Of a DNA stretch of 42,321 nt, positions 16,420-25,386 are shown in pieces; position 1 is the first letter of the stretch, and every line of letters begins with the position of its first letter. Source of the DNA: a virus (taxonomy: Duplodnaviria; Caudoviricetes). The position numbers and the translations under genes were made by a program. Below the pieces are notes generated by a model, which was not told the DNA's origin, ran no database searches, and saw only the letters and a list, made by a program, of their open reading frames with translations. Location of the stretch: the IMG/VR virus record IMGVR_UViG_3300016294_000004, positions 1 to 42,321 of that record; one strand, written 5' to 3'.

Positions 16420-16677
16420 ATGGCAACCACCCTGATCATCACGCTGCTGGAACAGACCGACGACGGCGACGTCGTCCCCGTCAACCTTGGTATCGCCTCG
16501 AGCCCGGACGAAGCCGTCGAGCTGGCGAAGGACGGATTCCGCCGCTGGACGAATTTCGAACTCTCGCCGCGCAGCCTCGAGGACGTCGCGACGCTGTCGC
16601 TGGCGATCTGCCGCAACCGCGACCACGAAGTGTCGTACAAGATCCCGGGCACCCGCATCTGGATCGAGGGGCGCTAA
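16420..16677 (+). CDS. Hypothetical protein
   Basis: MATTLIITLL..., GGAG Shine-Dalgarno. Confidence 0.55.
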   Translation: MATTLIITLLEQTDDGDVVPVNLGIASSPDEAVELAKDGFRRWTNFELSPRSLEDVATLSLAICRNRDHEVSYKIPGTRIWIEGR

Positions 16678-16678
16678 C

Positions 16679-16879
16679 ATGAACCGCTACTCCGTCACCG
16701 TGTTCCGCGCCACCCGCAACCCGGCCCGCTTCGTCGTCGACGCCCTCGACGGCGCGCACGCCGCCTGCATCGGCTGGCTCCGCGCCACCGACAACCACTA
16801 CACGCCGCTGGTCGATCCGCAGGGCCTCGACCACTACGTCGTCGACGGCCTACACGTCTGGGCCTCCCCGCACGAATGA
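16679..16879 (+). CDS. Hypothetical protein
   Basis: MNRYSVTVF..., GAGGGG Shine-Dalgarno. Confidence 0.5.
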   Translation: MNRYSVTVFRATRNPARFVVDALDGAHAACIGWLRATDNHYTPLVDPQGLDHYVVDGLHVWASPHE

Positions 16880-16956
16880 CCCAGCCTCCGCCCCGGCGTG
16901 CCGGGGCGCGGGATTGGCCAATCGGTCGATCACCCAACCCAACCTAGGAGAACACC

Positions 16957-17961
16957 ATGGCACACATGATCGACGACTCAAAGGGCTTCCCCGCAATCGC
17001 GTTCGTTGGCGAGACCCCGTGGCACGGACTCGGCACGCAGCTGACCCCGGACGCGGACATCGACACGTGGACCCGTGAAGCCGGCCTCGACTACGAGGTC
17101 AAGGAATCGATGGTGAAGTACCTCGACGGCGACGAGCTGAAGGACTACCCGGAGCGCAAGGTGCTGTTCCGCTCTGACACCGGCATGCGCCTGTCCGTCG
17201 TGTCGAAGCCGTACTGCACCGTCCAGCCGCGCGTGATCATGGACTTCTACCGCGCCTTGGCCGAGAAAAACAAGGTCCGGATGGAGGTCGCCGGCGCGCT
17301 GGACGGCGGCCGCCGGATCTGGGCGCTCATGCGCTTGGGCGAGGGCGTCAAGCTGCTGCACGCCGAGGAGGTCCGCCCGTACCTGCTCGTCGCCACGTCG
17401 TACGACACGTCGATGGCGACCATCGGCAAGGACACCGGCATCTGCGTGGTGTGCAACAACACGCTCACCATGGCCGCTGGCAACGCCAACACCGGCGAAG
17501 GGCAGTCGGAGAAGGACAGCGTCGCGATCCGGATCCCGCACTCGCAGGAGTTCGACATCGACGAGGCGCGGATCGAGCTGGGCCTGTGCTTCGACCGCTT
17601 CGAGGAGTTCATCAGCAATGCCCGCCGGCTGGCCAAGGTCAAGGTCGACGACGCGTTCGCGACGCAGTTCCTCAAGACGCTCCTCCCGACCCCGGTCAAG
17701 ACCATCGAGGGCAAGCGGGTCGAGCTGAAGGTCGAAGAGGGCAAGACGTTCAAGTGGATCATGGACCTGTTCAAGGGCCAGCAGATGGGCGCCGACATCG
17801 AGGAGCGCAGCGGCACGGCCTATGGCCTGCTCAACGCCGTGACCGAGTACGTCGACCACCATCGCGGCGTGCAAGCGTCCCGCCTGTCGTCGGCGTGGTT
17901 CGGCAACGGCGGCGCACTCAAGGACGACGCACTGCGCATCCTGTGCGAAGTGACCGCGTAG
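16957..17961 (+). CDS. DUF932 family phage/plasmid protein (TIGR03299-like)
   Basis: MAH...PWHGLG...AGLD.EV...AGALDGGRRIW...VCNNTL...GTAYGLLNAVTEYVDH...WFG motifs. Confidence 0.85.
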   Translation: MAHMIDDSKGFPAIAFVGETPWHGLGTQLTPDADIDTWTREAGLDYEVKESMVKYLDGDELKDYPERKVLFRSDTGMRLSVVSKPYCTVQPRVIMDFYRALAEKNKVRMEVAGALDGGRRIWALMRLGEGVKLLHAEEVRPYLLVATSYDTSMATIGKDTGICVVCNNTLTMAAGNANTGEGQSEKDSVAIRIPHSQEFDIDEARIELGLCFDRFEEFISNARRLAKVKVDDAFATQFLKTLLPTPVKTIEGKRVELKVEEGKTFKWIMDLFKGQQMGADIEERSGTAYGLLNAVTEYVDHHRGVQASRLSSAWFGNGGALKDDALRILCEVTA

Positions 17962-17976
17962 TGGTGTGGTGATTCC

Positions 17977-18004
17977 GCCGGGGCGCGAGCCCCGGCTTTT
18001 TCTT
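17977..18004 (+). terminator. Rho-independent terminator
   Basis: GCCGGGGC-GCGA-GCCCCGGC 8-bp stem with a GNRA loop, followed by TTTTTCTT. Confidence 0.85.
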
Positions 18005-18016
18005 CAGGGAGACACA

Positions 18017-18280
18017 ATGAAAACCCTAATCGTAGCACTGGCCGTCGGGCTCGCCGCCTGCGCGACCGTTCCGACGTTCCGCCCGGCGGCGAATCAGGAC
18101 CAGCAGGCGCTCGCGAGCGCCGACTACGACTGCCGGCTGCAGGTCAAGGAAGCGTCCAAGGGCCGCTGGGCATCCGGCGGTCTGCTGTTCCTCGCCATCG
18201 CGGCGCAGAGCGCCGCCAATCAGGACCGTGACCTGTACGTGTCGTGCATGCAGGCCCACGGTTTCGTTGCCAACCCCTAG
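18017..18280 (+). CDS. Putative lipoprotein
   Basis: MKTLIVALAVGLAAC is a signal peptide with an LAAC lipobox; Cys pair DC...CM..HG. Confidence 0.7.
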   Translation: MKTLIVALAVGLAACATVPTFRPAANQDQQALASADYDCRLQVKEASKGRWASGGLLFLAIAAQSAANQDRDLYVSCMQAHGFVANP

Positions 18281-18291
18281 GAGAATGCCCT

Positions 18292-18522
18292 ATGCTGAAG
18301 CGTCTCATCCGCGGCATCCGCGTGTTGCTGCTCAGGAACGACATCGCCCACCTCGAGTCGGCCATCGACGAGGAGCGCGAGCGTCACGCCCAGTTCGACG
18401 CGCGGATGCGATCGTGGATGCGGGAGGTCCAGTGGCGCCGGGGCGAGATCGAGCGCCTGTACGGGCGGCCGCTCGAGATCGACTGGAGCTTGGCCGGATA
18501 CCCGTCGGTCCGTAAACCGTGA
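18292..18522 (+). CDS. Hypothetical coiled-coil protein
   Basis: 76 aa, AGGAG Shine-Dalgarno. Confidence 0.5.
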   Translation: MLKRLIRGIRVLLLRNDIAHLESAIDEERERHAQFDARMRSWMREVQWRRGEIERLYGRPLEIDWSLAGYPSVRKP

Positions 18523-19313
18523 ACCGCTTCGTGCGCGATCTGCCGGCGGCCGACTACCACAAGGTCGAGGCCCTGTCCGCGTCCGGCGCCAAGAAGCTGC
18601 TCAAGTCGGCGCTCCACTACCGGCTCGAGCGCGACCACCCGTCGGAGCCGACGGCCTCGATGCAGCTCGGCACGCTGGTTCACCTGTTGGTCCTCGAGCG
18701 CGACCGCGTCGCGTCCGGGGTCGCGATCTTCGAGGGCAAAAGCCGGAAGGGCAAGGCGTGGGACGAGTTCGAGCTGGAGCACGCCGGCCAGCTTATCGTG
18801 ACGGTGGAGGAGTTCGGATTCGCGACCGCCATGGCCGACAGCGTGGCCGACCACCCGGCGGCCGCCAAGCTGCTCGCCGCCGCCACGGAGCGCGAGTTCT
18901 CGCTGTTCTGGACCGACGCGCAGTATGGCGTGCCGTGCAAGTGCCGGTTCGACCTGATCGCGCTGGGCGGCGGCGTCGACCTGAAGAGTACCAGCGACGC
19001 TTCGCCCGACGGCTTCCCCCGGCTGGCGGCGACCTACGGCTACCACATCGGCGCGGCGCACTACAACTCCGGGGCGGAGCATGTGCTCAACGAATCGCTC
19101 CGGTTCTTCGTCCTGATCGCGGTCGAGAACGAACCGCCGCACGCGGTCGCGGTCTACAATTTTGACCCGGCCGACATCATGGCCGGGCAGCACCAGATGG
19201 CGATTGCCGCCGAGCGCTACCGGGACGCATTGGCCCGGAACGTCTGGGCCGGCTACTCGCCGACCATCCAACCGCTACGCATGCCGCGCTGGGCGCGGCG
19301 CTTCGACGTCTAG
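18519..19313 (+). CDS. RecE / exonuclease VIII-like PD-(D/E)XK exonuclease (DUF3799-like)
   Basis: YH...LSAS...GTLVH...LE...E.S.FW...KCRFD...DLKST...YGYH..AA.Y motifs; upstream of Bet. Confidence 0.85.
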   Translation: MNRFVRDLPAADYHKVEALSASGAKKLLKSALHYRLERDHPSEPTASMQLGTLVHLLVLERDRVASGVAIFEGKSRKGKAWDEFELEHAGQLIVTVEEFGFATAMADSVADHPAAAKLLAAATEREFSLFWTDAQYGVPCKCRFDLIALGGGVDLKSTSDASPDGFPRLAATYGYHIGAAHYNSGAEHVLNESLRFFVLIAVENEPPHAVAVYNFDPADIMAGQHQMAIAAERYRDALARNVWAGYSPTIQPLRMPRWARRFDV

Positions 19314-19323
19314 GAGAAACGAC

Positions 19324-20286
19324 ATGGCAGAAGAAGGTCAACAGGAAGTCATCAAGGCTCCGGCGAAGGTCGCCTCCGGCGGGCTCGTCACCAAGCTCGC
19401 CAACCGCTTCGAGGTCGAGCCGTCCAAGCTCCTGACGACGCTCAAGTCGACGGTGTTTCGGGTCCCGGCCAAGAACGGCGGCACCGAGGAGATCTCAAAC
19501 GAGGAGATGATGGCGCTGCTGGTGGTCGCCGACCAGTACAAGCTGAACCCGTTTACCCGGGAGCTGTTCGCGTTCCCCAACAAGAGCGGCGGCATCGTCC
19601 CGGTCGTCTCCGTCGACGGCTGGTCGCGGATCATCAACGAGCACCCGCAGTTCGACGGGCTCACCTTCGAGGTCGGCCCGGGCGACGAAGCCAAATACCG
19701 CGGAGCGCCGGCGTGGATCGAGTGTATCATCCACCGCAAGGACCGCTCGCACCCCATCGTGGTCCGCGAGTGGATGCGCGAGTGCTTCCGCGACACTGGC
19801 CCGTGGCAGAGCCACCCGGGCCGGATGCTCCGGCACAAGTCGCTGATTCAGTGCGCCCGGCTAGCGTTCGGGTTCGCCGGCATCTATGACGAAGACGAGG
19901 CCGCCCGGATCGTGGAGGGGGAAGCGACACGAGTCCAGAATGCCGCGGTCGACGACATCAACGCCGCCCTGACGCCAAGGCCGGCGCCGATCATCATCGA
20001 CGGCGAGACCGGAATCGCGACACAGGCCGGCACGGGCGGAGGTGTAGCACCGGAGCCGCCCGCCGCGGAGCCACCCGCCGAGCCGGCGAAGCCATCGGAG
20101 CCACCCGCCGCGGAGCCGGCGAAGCCGAAGAAGGTCACGTATGGTACAATCGCGGTCGCGATCAGCTCGGCCAAGACCAAGGACGCGCTACACAAGGCCG
20201 AGGCGCTGATCGACACGAACATTGACGACATGATGCGCCGGGACGAGCTGCACGTGATCGCGGCCGCCCGGCTGCAGCGGCTATGA
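19324..20286 (+). CDS. bet: Single-strand annealing recombinase, lambda Bet/RecT family
   Basis: LLVVADQYKLNPFTRELFAFP...GGIVPVVSVDGWSRIINEHPQFDG...GPWQSHP.RMLRHK..IQCARLAFGFAGIYDEDEA closely matches lambda Bet. Confidence 0.92.
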   Translation: MAEEGQQEVIKAPAKVASGGLVTKLANRFEVEPSKLLTTLKSTVFRVPAKNGGTEEISNEEMMALLVVADQYKLNPFTRELFAFPNKSGGIVPVVSVDGWSRIINEHPQFDGLTFEVGPGDEAKYRGAPAWIECIIHRKDRSHPIVVREWMRECFRDTGPWQSHPGRMLRHKSLIQCARLAFGFAGIYDEDEAARIVEGEATRVQNAAVDDINAALTPRPAPIIIDGETGIATQAGTGGGVAPEPPAAEPPAEPAKPSEPPAAEPAKPKKVTYGTIAVAISSAKTKDALHKAEALIDTNIDDMMRRDELHVIAAARLQRL

Positions 20287-23078
20287 GCGCCGGCGTCCTC
20301 TGCCCGGTGTGCCGGGCGCAGAGCACGCGCCGGGTCGGCGAGTCGCCCTACTGGGCCTGCCCGAGCTGCGACGTATGGTTTCAGCACCCGCTACCGTCCA
20401 AGGTGTACATCGGAGCCCACGAGCCGCCGCCGGAGCAGATGCCGGACGAGGAACGCGCGGCGAACGTCGACCTCGCGCGCCGGCTGGCCGAGCGGATGCG
20501 GTTCACCGCCCGGCCGAACGAGCAGCCGCGCACGCTTGACATCGGCGCCAAGCTGCCGGTGCTGGCCGACGCGCTGGCCCGCAACCACAACGCGCAGGCA
20601 GTCGTAATCGAGCACGAGCCGATCGCATCGGGCCAGTTCATGGTCGACGTGGTGCGCGTGGACTTCGAGGCGTTCGTGGCATCGCGCCGCTGGTGGAAGG
20701 CGTTTGATCTCGTGACGCTGATCCACACCTTCGAGCACTTCGCCCGCCCCCTCGACGCGCTATCCAAAATCCGGCGCTTCATCAAGCGTGATGGCCGGCT
20801 GTTCATCCGCATGCCGGATCACAGCGTGCCCGGCTACGAGCGCGACCTCACGCCCGGCCACTACACCATCCACCCGTATTACCACTGCCTGCAGTCGGTG
20901 CTGGAGTGCTGCGCCCAGCTGAAGGACCAGTGGGCGATCGAAGAGCGGCAGGAGCTGCGCCCGGGCCAGTCGGACTTCTGGCTGGCGCCCATCGACCGGC
21001 GCCCGCTGATCGGGCTCGGCATGATGGTCAAGAACGAGGAGCGCGACCTGCCGCGCTGTCTCGACAGCGTGTTGAGCATCGTCGACCACGCCGCCATCGT
21101 CGACACCGGGTCGACCGACGGCACCGGGAAGGTCGCCGCGGACCGCGGCATCACCACGGTCCCGTTCTACGGCGCCAGCGAGAGGAACGAAACCGGCGAC
21201 TGGACGCTGTGGGACTTCGCGAAGGCCCGCAACCGTTACTGCGAGCTGGTCGAGGCGGGCGGCGTCGACTGGCTGCTGTGGATGGACGCGGACGACGCGC
21301 TGCTGACGCCGAACGTGGCGCGCCGGCTGACCTACTGGACCGAGCACGACATGTTCGGCGCGGTGATCCAGCTCAGTGCCAACCCGAACAACACTGGCAC
21401 GCATTTCCGACTGTGGAAGACCGAGAAGCACGTCCGATTCGGCGGCCGGGTCCATGAGTGGCCACTGACGGACGGGCTCAAGTGCGCCGTGGTAGATGCC
21501 TTCATCATCCGGCACGATGGCACACCACACGAGGGCGCCGAGGATTCAAACGCACGCAACGACCGGATCCTTGCCCGGCAGTGGCAGGAGGAGCCGTCGA
21601 CCCGGTGCGCGTTCTATCTGGCGTGCAACCACCGGGACGGCGGCCGGGCAGAGCAAGCGATCGACTGGTTCACCAAGCGGATCGAGATGGGCGACGGCTA
21701 TTTCGACGAGTGGTTGTTCGCGCACCTGTACAAGGCCCGCGTCGAGCGCGCGCAGGGGCGCCAAGACGAGGCCGAGGCGACGCTGGTCGAGGCGCTCGAG
21801 CGCCAGCCCGACTGGGCCGAGCTGTGGATGGAGAGGGCATGGTGCGCCCGCGACCTCGGCCGGCACGCCCACGCCATGGAGTACGCGTTCCGCGCGATGG
21901 AGTGCAAGCCGGCCAAGACCATGCTCTGGCGTGAGCCCAACCAGTACACGGACCAGCCGCGCCGGATGCTGTCGTGGTGTCATTCGTCGCTGGGTAACAA
22001 CGAGCTGGCCTACGTCTGGGCGGTCGAGGCGCAGAAGCAGATCGGCGGCCGGGACGCGGACTGGGACCAGCGTGTGGCCGAGCTGCGCGAGCTGGTCGTG
22101 CCGCGGTTCCCGGCCATCGTCGGAGAGGCGATGCGCCCGGCCATCGCGCTACACCGGCCCGGGGCGATCGGCGATGTGCTGATGACGCTCAACATCGTGC
22201 CGATGCTGCGCGAGGCCAACCCGGACCACGACATCCACTACTTCTGCCATCGTAGGCTGCACGGTAAGGACGCACTCGGTTCGCTGTTCTCGCAGGCCGG
22301 CGTCGACCTCGTCCTCGACTTTACGCACCTCGACGCGCGACGCAAGGACTACGAGCGCGTCGTCGACCTGATCGGCTACCCGGTCGGGCGCGGCGCCCGC
22401 GGCTACCCGGAGCGCCCGATGGAGTTCCACCTCCTGCAGTATTTTGCGAACGAGATGGGCATCACGGTTAACGAGTCCGCCCTGCCGTCCCTGACGCTAC
22501 GCCGCCCGGCGCGGGTCGGCTGCTGCCCAGTCCACGACTACATCACGATCCAGAACCGGGCTGGCTGGAGCAAGTACAAGGAGTGGCCGGCAGACCAACA
22601 ACAGTTGCGGCAGCTGACCGACGCCCTCGAGATGCCGTACGTCTTCATCGACGAGCGCGTCGGGCTTACTCTCGCCGAAGCGATCGCCGTGTTCGCCAAC
22701 GCCCGCATGCACGTCGGGGTCGATTCGTTCTGCAACCACCTGACGAACTACTTCTGGACCGACGAGCGCGGCGGCCGCAAGGTCCGCGGCGTCATCGCGT
22801 GGGGCAGCACGCAGGCCAGCGCCGCCGGCTACGACAGCAACATCAACATCTCGCGCGGCCTGACCTGCCAGCCGTGCTTCCGTGAGAACCCGGCGATCTC
22901 GCGCCAGCCACGCGGCCCGTGCATCAACATCGCGGACGCCAAGGCCAGAAGCGACGCCGGCGTGTCGATGCTGGCCGCGCCGTCCTACGACGACCCGCGG
23001 GCTCCGGAGTGCACGAGCCAGATCAGCGTAGACGAGGTACTCGCCGCCGTTCACCGGCTGTGGGAGGAAACCGCATGA
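20283..23078 (+). CDS. Multidomain SAM methyltransferase - GT2 glycosyltransferase - TPR - GT9 glycosyltransferase fusion
   Basis: CPVC...CPSC Zn ribbon; LDIGA and FDLVT..HTFEH (class I MTase); MMVKNEE..L.RCL.S...VDTGSTDGT...DFAKARN...DADD...GRVHE (GT2); helical TPR-like repeats; GAIGDVL...KEWP...VGVDS...H...WGST (GT9). Confidence 0.85.
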   Translation: MSAGVLCPVCRAQSTRRVGESPYWACPSCDVWFQHPLPSKVYIGAHEPPPEQMPDEERAANVDLARRLAERMRFTARPNEQPRTLDIGAKLPVLADALARNHNAQAVVIEHEPIASGQFMVDVVRVDFEAFVASRRWWKAFDLVTLIHTFEHFARPLDALSKIRRFIKRDGRLFIRMPDHSVPGYERDLTPGHYTIHPYYHCLQSVLECCAQLKDQWAIEERQELRPGQSDFWLAPIDRRPLIGLGMMVKNEERDLPRCLDSVLSIVDHAAIVDTGSTDGTGKVAADRGITTVPFYGASERNETGDWTLWDFAKARNRYCELVEAGGVDWLLWMDADDALLTPNVARRLTYWTEHDMFGAVIQLSANPNNTGTHFRLWKTEKHVRFGGRVHEWPLTDGLKCAVVDAFIIRHDGTPHEGAEDSNARNDRILARQWQEEPSTRCAFYLACNHRDGGRAEQAIDWFTKRIEMGDGYFDEWLFAHLYKARVERAQGRQDEAEATLVEALERQPDWAELWMERAWCARDLGRHAHAMEYAFRAMECKPAKTMLWREPNQYTDQPRRMLSWCHSSLGNNELAYVWAVEAQKQIGGRDADWDQRVAELRELVVPRFPAIVGEAMRPAIALHRPGAIGDVLMTLNIVPMLREANPDHDIHYFCHRRLHGKDALGSLFSQAGVDLVLDFTHLDARRKDYERVVDLIGYPVGRGARGYPERPMEFHLLQYFANEMGITVNESALPSLTLRRPARVGCCPVHDYITIQNRAGWSKYKEWPADQQQLRQLTDALEMPYVFIDERVGLTLAEAIAVFANARMHVGVDSFCNHLTNYFWTDERGGRKVRGVIAWGSTQASAAGYDSNINISRGLTCQPCFRENPAISRQPRGPCINIADAKARSDAGVSMLAAPSYDDPRAPECTSQISVDEVLAAVHRLWEETA

Positions 23079-23293
23079 AGCTGCGCGTTACGTTTGACAT
23101 CGAGGCACCGTACGACGTCGTCAACGACCGCGAACTCGAGCAGAAGATGGCGCGCGGTCTCATGGTGCGCGTGGACGAGTGGCTCGCCTATTGCGCCGAC
23201 CTGTTCGGCGGCAAGATCGTGCGGCACAACGCGCGGTTCACCCGGCTTGCGACCGACGACGAGCGCGAGCTGTACGTCCCCGGGAGACACTGA
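23075..23293 (+). CDS. Hypothetical protein
   Basis: MKLRVTFDI..., GGAGG Shine-Dalgarno, ATGA overlap. Confidence 0.55.
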   Translation: MKLRVTFDIEAPYDVVNDRELEQKMARGLMVRVDEWLAYCADLFGGKIVRHNARFTRLATDDERELYVPGRH

Positions 23294-23496
23294 TGGATCT
23301 CGCCGCTGCGATCTCGGCCTACGTCGAGGCCCGCCTCGAGCTGGAGCGCCACTACAAGGCGGCATCGCCGCCGCCACACGTCGATATCAACTACCGGCTC
23401 AAGCTGTCACAGCTCCATTGCGTCTGCCGGATGATCGAACAACAAAAGGGCGAGCCGCAGCCCGCCCCAAAGACAGGACCGAACAAGAAGAAGTGA
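23293..23496 (+). CDS. Hypothetical protein
   Basis: MDLAAAISAY..., TGATG overlap; last plus-strand gene. Confidence 0.5.
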   Translation: MDLAAAISAYVEARLELERHYKAASPPPHVDINYRLKLSQLHCVCRMIEQQKGEPQPAPKTGPNKKK

Positions 23497-23497
23497 T

Positions 23498-24001
23498 TCA
23501 GTGCGTCGGTGCTGGGGCGCTCGCGCCGGGACCGGTAAACGTCATCGTCGCCGAGACGGCCGGGCCAGCGATCACCTCGAGCGTGCCGGTCACGACGAAG
23601 CCGGACGGCGGCGTCGTGGTCGGGTCGCCGTACGTCGCAGTGATCTGCGCTTGACCGAGCGCGCCGGTCAGCGTGACGGTCGCGGCGTCCGTGCCCGAGC
23701 CGTCATCCGGCAGCGGGACCACGGTCGCAATGGTGGCGTCGCTGGTCGCCCACGTTGCCGTGCCGGGATCGGCGGCCGGCTGGCCCGCCGCGTCAACGAA
23801 ACCACCGATGGTGGCGGTGAATGGTCCGCCGTTGTCTGGGACTTGCATGGTGTACCCCTTTCCGATGAACGACAGAGTGATCGATCCCAGTCGTAGCCCG
23901 ATGGTCGCCGCCACGATCTGCGGGGCGGCCGGCTGCTCACAGCAGGCGCACCGCAAGATCCGGCACAGGTCGTCCGCGTCCCCCTCGAACTTAAACAACA
24001 T
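23498..24001 (-). CDS. Ig-like (Big_2-like) domain protein (alternative start 23849)
   Basis: TWATSDATIATV...G.AQITAT motif of bacterial Ig-like domains. Confidence 0.6.
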   Translation of the reverse strand: MLFKFEGDADDLCRILRCACCEQPAAPQIVAATIGLRLGSITLSFIGKGYTMQVPDNGGPFTATIGGFVDAAGQPAADPGTATWATSDATIATVVPLPDDGSGTDAATVTLTGALGQAQITATYGDPTTTPPSGFVVTGTLEVIAGPAVSATMTFTGPGASAPAPTH

Positions 24002-24151
24002 GGCGAACAGATTGTATCATACAACAAATGACACCGCAATGACACCCCGCGGCGGCCTCTCCGTGGCGCTCCAGATGGCGCCAAGCTATAACCATAGCCG
24101 GACGCTCCCGGGAGCCCAAGGAGACCCCCAAGGAGCGCGCCGGCGACCCCG

Positions 24152-24358
24152 TCACTTGAGCCTGACTGCCCCGATCTCCGCGACCCCGACGAGGTTCAGC
24201 AGCAGGACGATCAGGATGACGCAGATGACGACCACAAACACGATCCGCACGAGCTTGCCGACCGGTTCCGGCAGGGTGAACTGGCCGATGATCCACCAGC
24301 CAAGCCCGGCGATGATGACGAGAACCAACAGCCAGATCAGGAACGCGACTAGCGACAT
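24152..24358 (-). CDS. Small two-TM membrane protein, holin candidate
   Basis: MSLVAFLIWLLVLVIIAGLGWWII...LPEP...IVFVVICVILIVLLL; GGAGG Shine-Dalgarno; in the lysis region. Confidence 0.6.
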   Translation of the reverse strand: MSLVAFLIWLLVLVIIAGLGWWIIGQFTLPEPVGKLVRIVFVVVICVILIVLLLNLVGVAEIGAVRLK

Positions 24359-24366
24359 GATGCCTC

Positions 24367-25167
24367 CTACTGGATAAGCTGCGGTTTGTTGATCTCGCAA
24401 AACCAGTTCCCCGGAGCGCCGGTGTCCACCACGAAGTTCGCGTACACCTTCGTCCCGAGCGGCAGGTCCACGAGCCAGTACGCCTGCCCGGGCGGCGCGG
24501 TCTGCACGCCGAAGCTCCAGTTGGGGTTCAGACTCGGCGCGAGCGGTCCGGTGATCGGTGGTGTCCACGGAATCGGCGGGCCGTTCGGCGTGAACGACAG
24601 CCAGCCGATGATGCGCGAGTTGTCGCCGCCCTGTCCGTAGCAGCTGACCTTGCCGATGTTGTTGTAGTCGCGTGGGTACTGCGTCGTCGTGGTGTCGAAC
24701 TCGACCGCCCACGTCACGCCGTGCATGATGCCGTTGACCTGCGTGCGCAGGTTCGCTTGCGTGATCTTCGCGTTGATGACGCTGTTGCCGGGGTACGGAC
24801 CGGAGCCCGACGCCGTGACCGTGACCGGCGCGTAGCCGATCACGCTGCCGAGCATCGCGTTGACCTGCGTCGCACCGGCAGCGATGGCGGTCGCGAGCCC
24901 GCCCGCTGCGATGCTGAGGAGCGCGGGGTTGTTCGAACTCCACGTGACCAAGTTCGTGATCGTCGCCGACGACCCGTCGCTGTAGACGCCCTTCGCCGTG
25001 TACTGCTGCGTGGCGGGCGCGTTGACCGTCGCGTTTTGCGGTTCGACAATGATCGACTGCAGCGTCGGCGGCGGCGGGCCTCCGGCACTGATATTCACGA
25101 TCTTGCCGGTCTGGTCGACGGAGGCGACCGCGCCGTCGATGTTCACGTTCACGGTAACTCCGGTCAT
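24367..25167 (-). CDS. Ig-like (Big_2) domain protein
   Basis: LQSI.V.P...TQQYTAKG.YSDGS..TIT..VTWSSNNP...G.ATAI..G.T.V.A is a clear Big_2 pattern, followed by a C-terminal beta-rich domain. Confidence 0.8.
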   Translation of the reverse strand: MTGVTVNVNIDGAVASVDQTGKIVNISAGGPPPPTLQSIIVEPQNATVNAPATQQYTAKGVYSDGSSATITNLVTWSSNNPALLSIAAGGLATAIAAGATQVNAMLGSVIGYAPVTVTASGSGPYPGNSVINAKITQANLRTQVNGIMHGVTWAVEFDTTTTQYPRDYNNIGKVSCYGQGGDNSRIIGWLSFTPNGPPIPWTPPITGPLAPSLNPNWSFGVQTAPPGQAYWLVDLPLGTKVYANFVVDTGAPGNWFCEINKPQLIQ

Positions 25168-25170
25168 GTC

Positions 25171-25386
25171 TCACCTTCCTTTCGCAGGTTGTTCGCGCAG
25201 TGCCAGCGCGTGCATCTCTTCCCGCAGCTGCTTGATGTCGTCGTCGTGGCGCGCATCCGCGGCCTCGAGCCGCTCGATCCGCACCGCCGACGTCTGCACC
25301 TTCTCGTAGATCGACCACACGACCCCGACCGCGCCGGCGACCGCCGGGATCAGAGCACCCCACCACCAGCGGCGGCCATTAGTCAC
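25171..25386 (-). CDS. Holin/antiholin-like membrane protein
   Basis: One TM segment followed by a coiled coil, immediately after the endolysin. Confidence 0.5.
   Translation of the reverse strand: MTNGRRWWWGALIPAVAGAVGVVWSIYEKVQTSAVRIERLEAADARHDDDIKQLREEMHALALREQPAKGR

Noticed and set aside
17951-17970. Eighth operator (TGACCGCGTAGTGGTGTGG)
   Set aside because: It resembles the 16315 site but has a 7-bp spacer and no adjacent promoter, so it was not counted.
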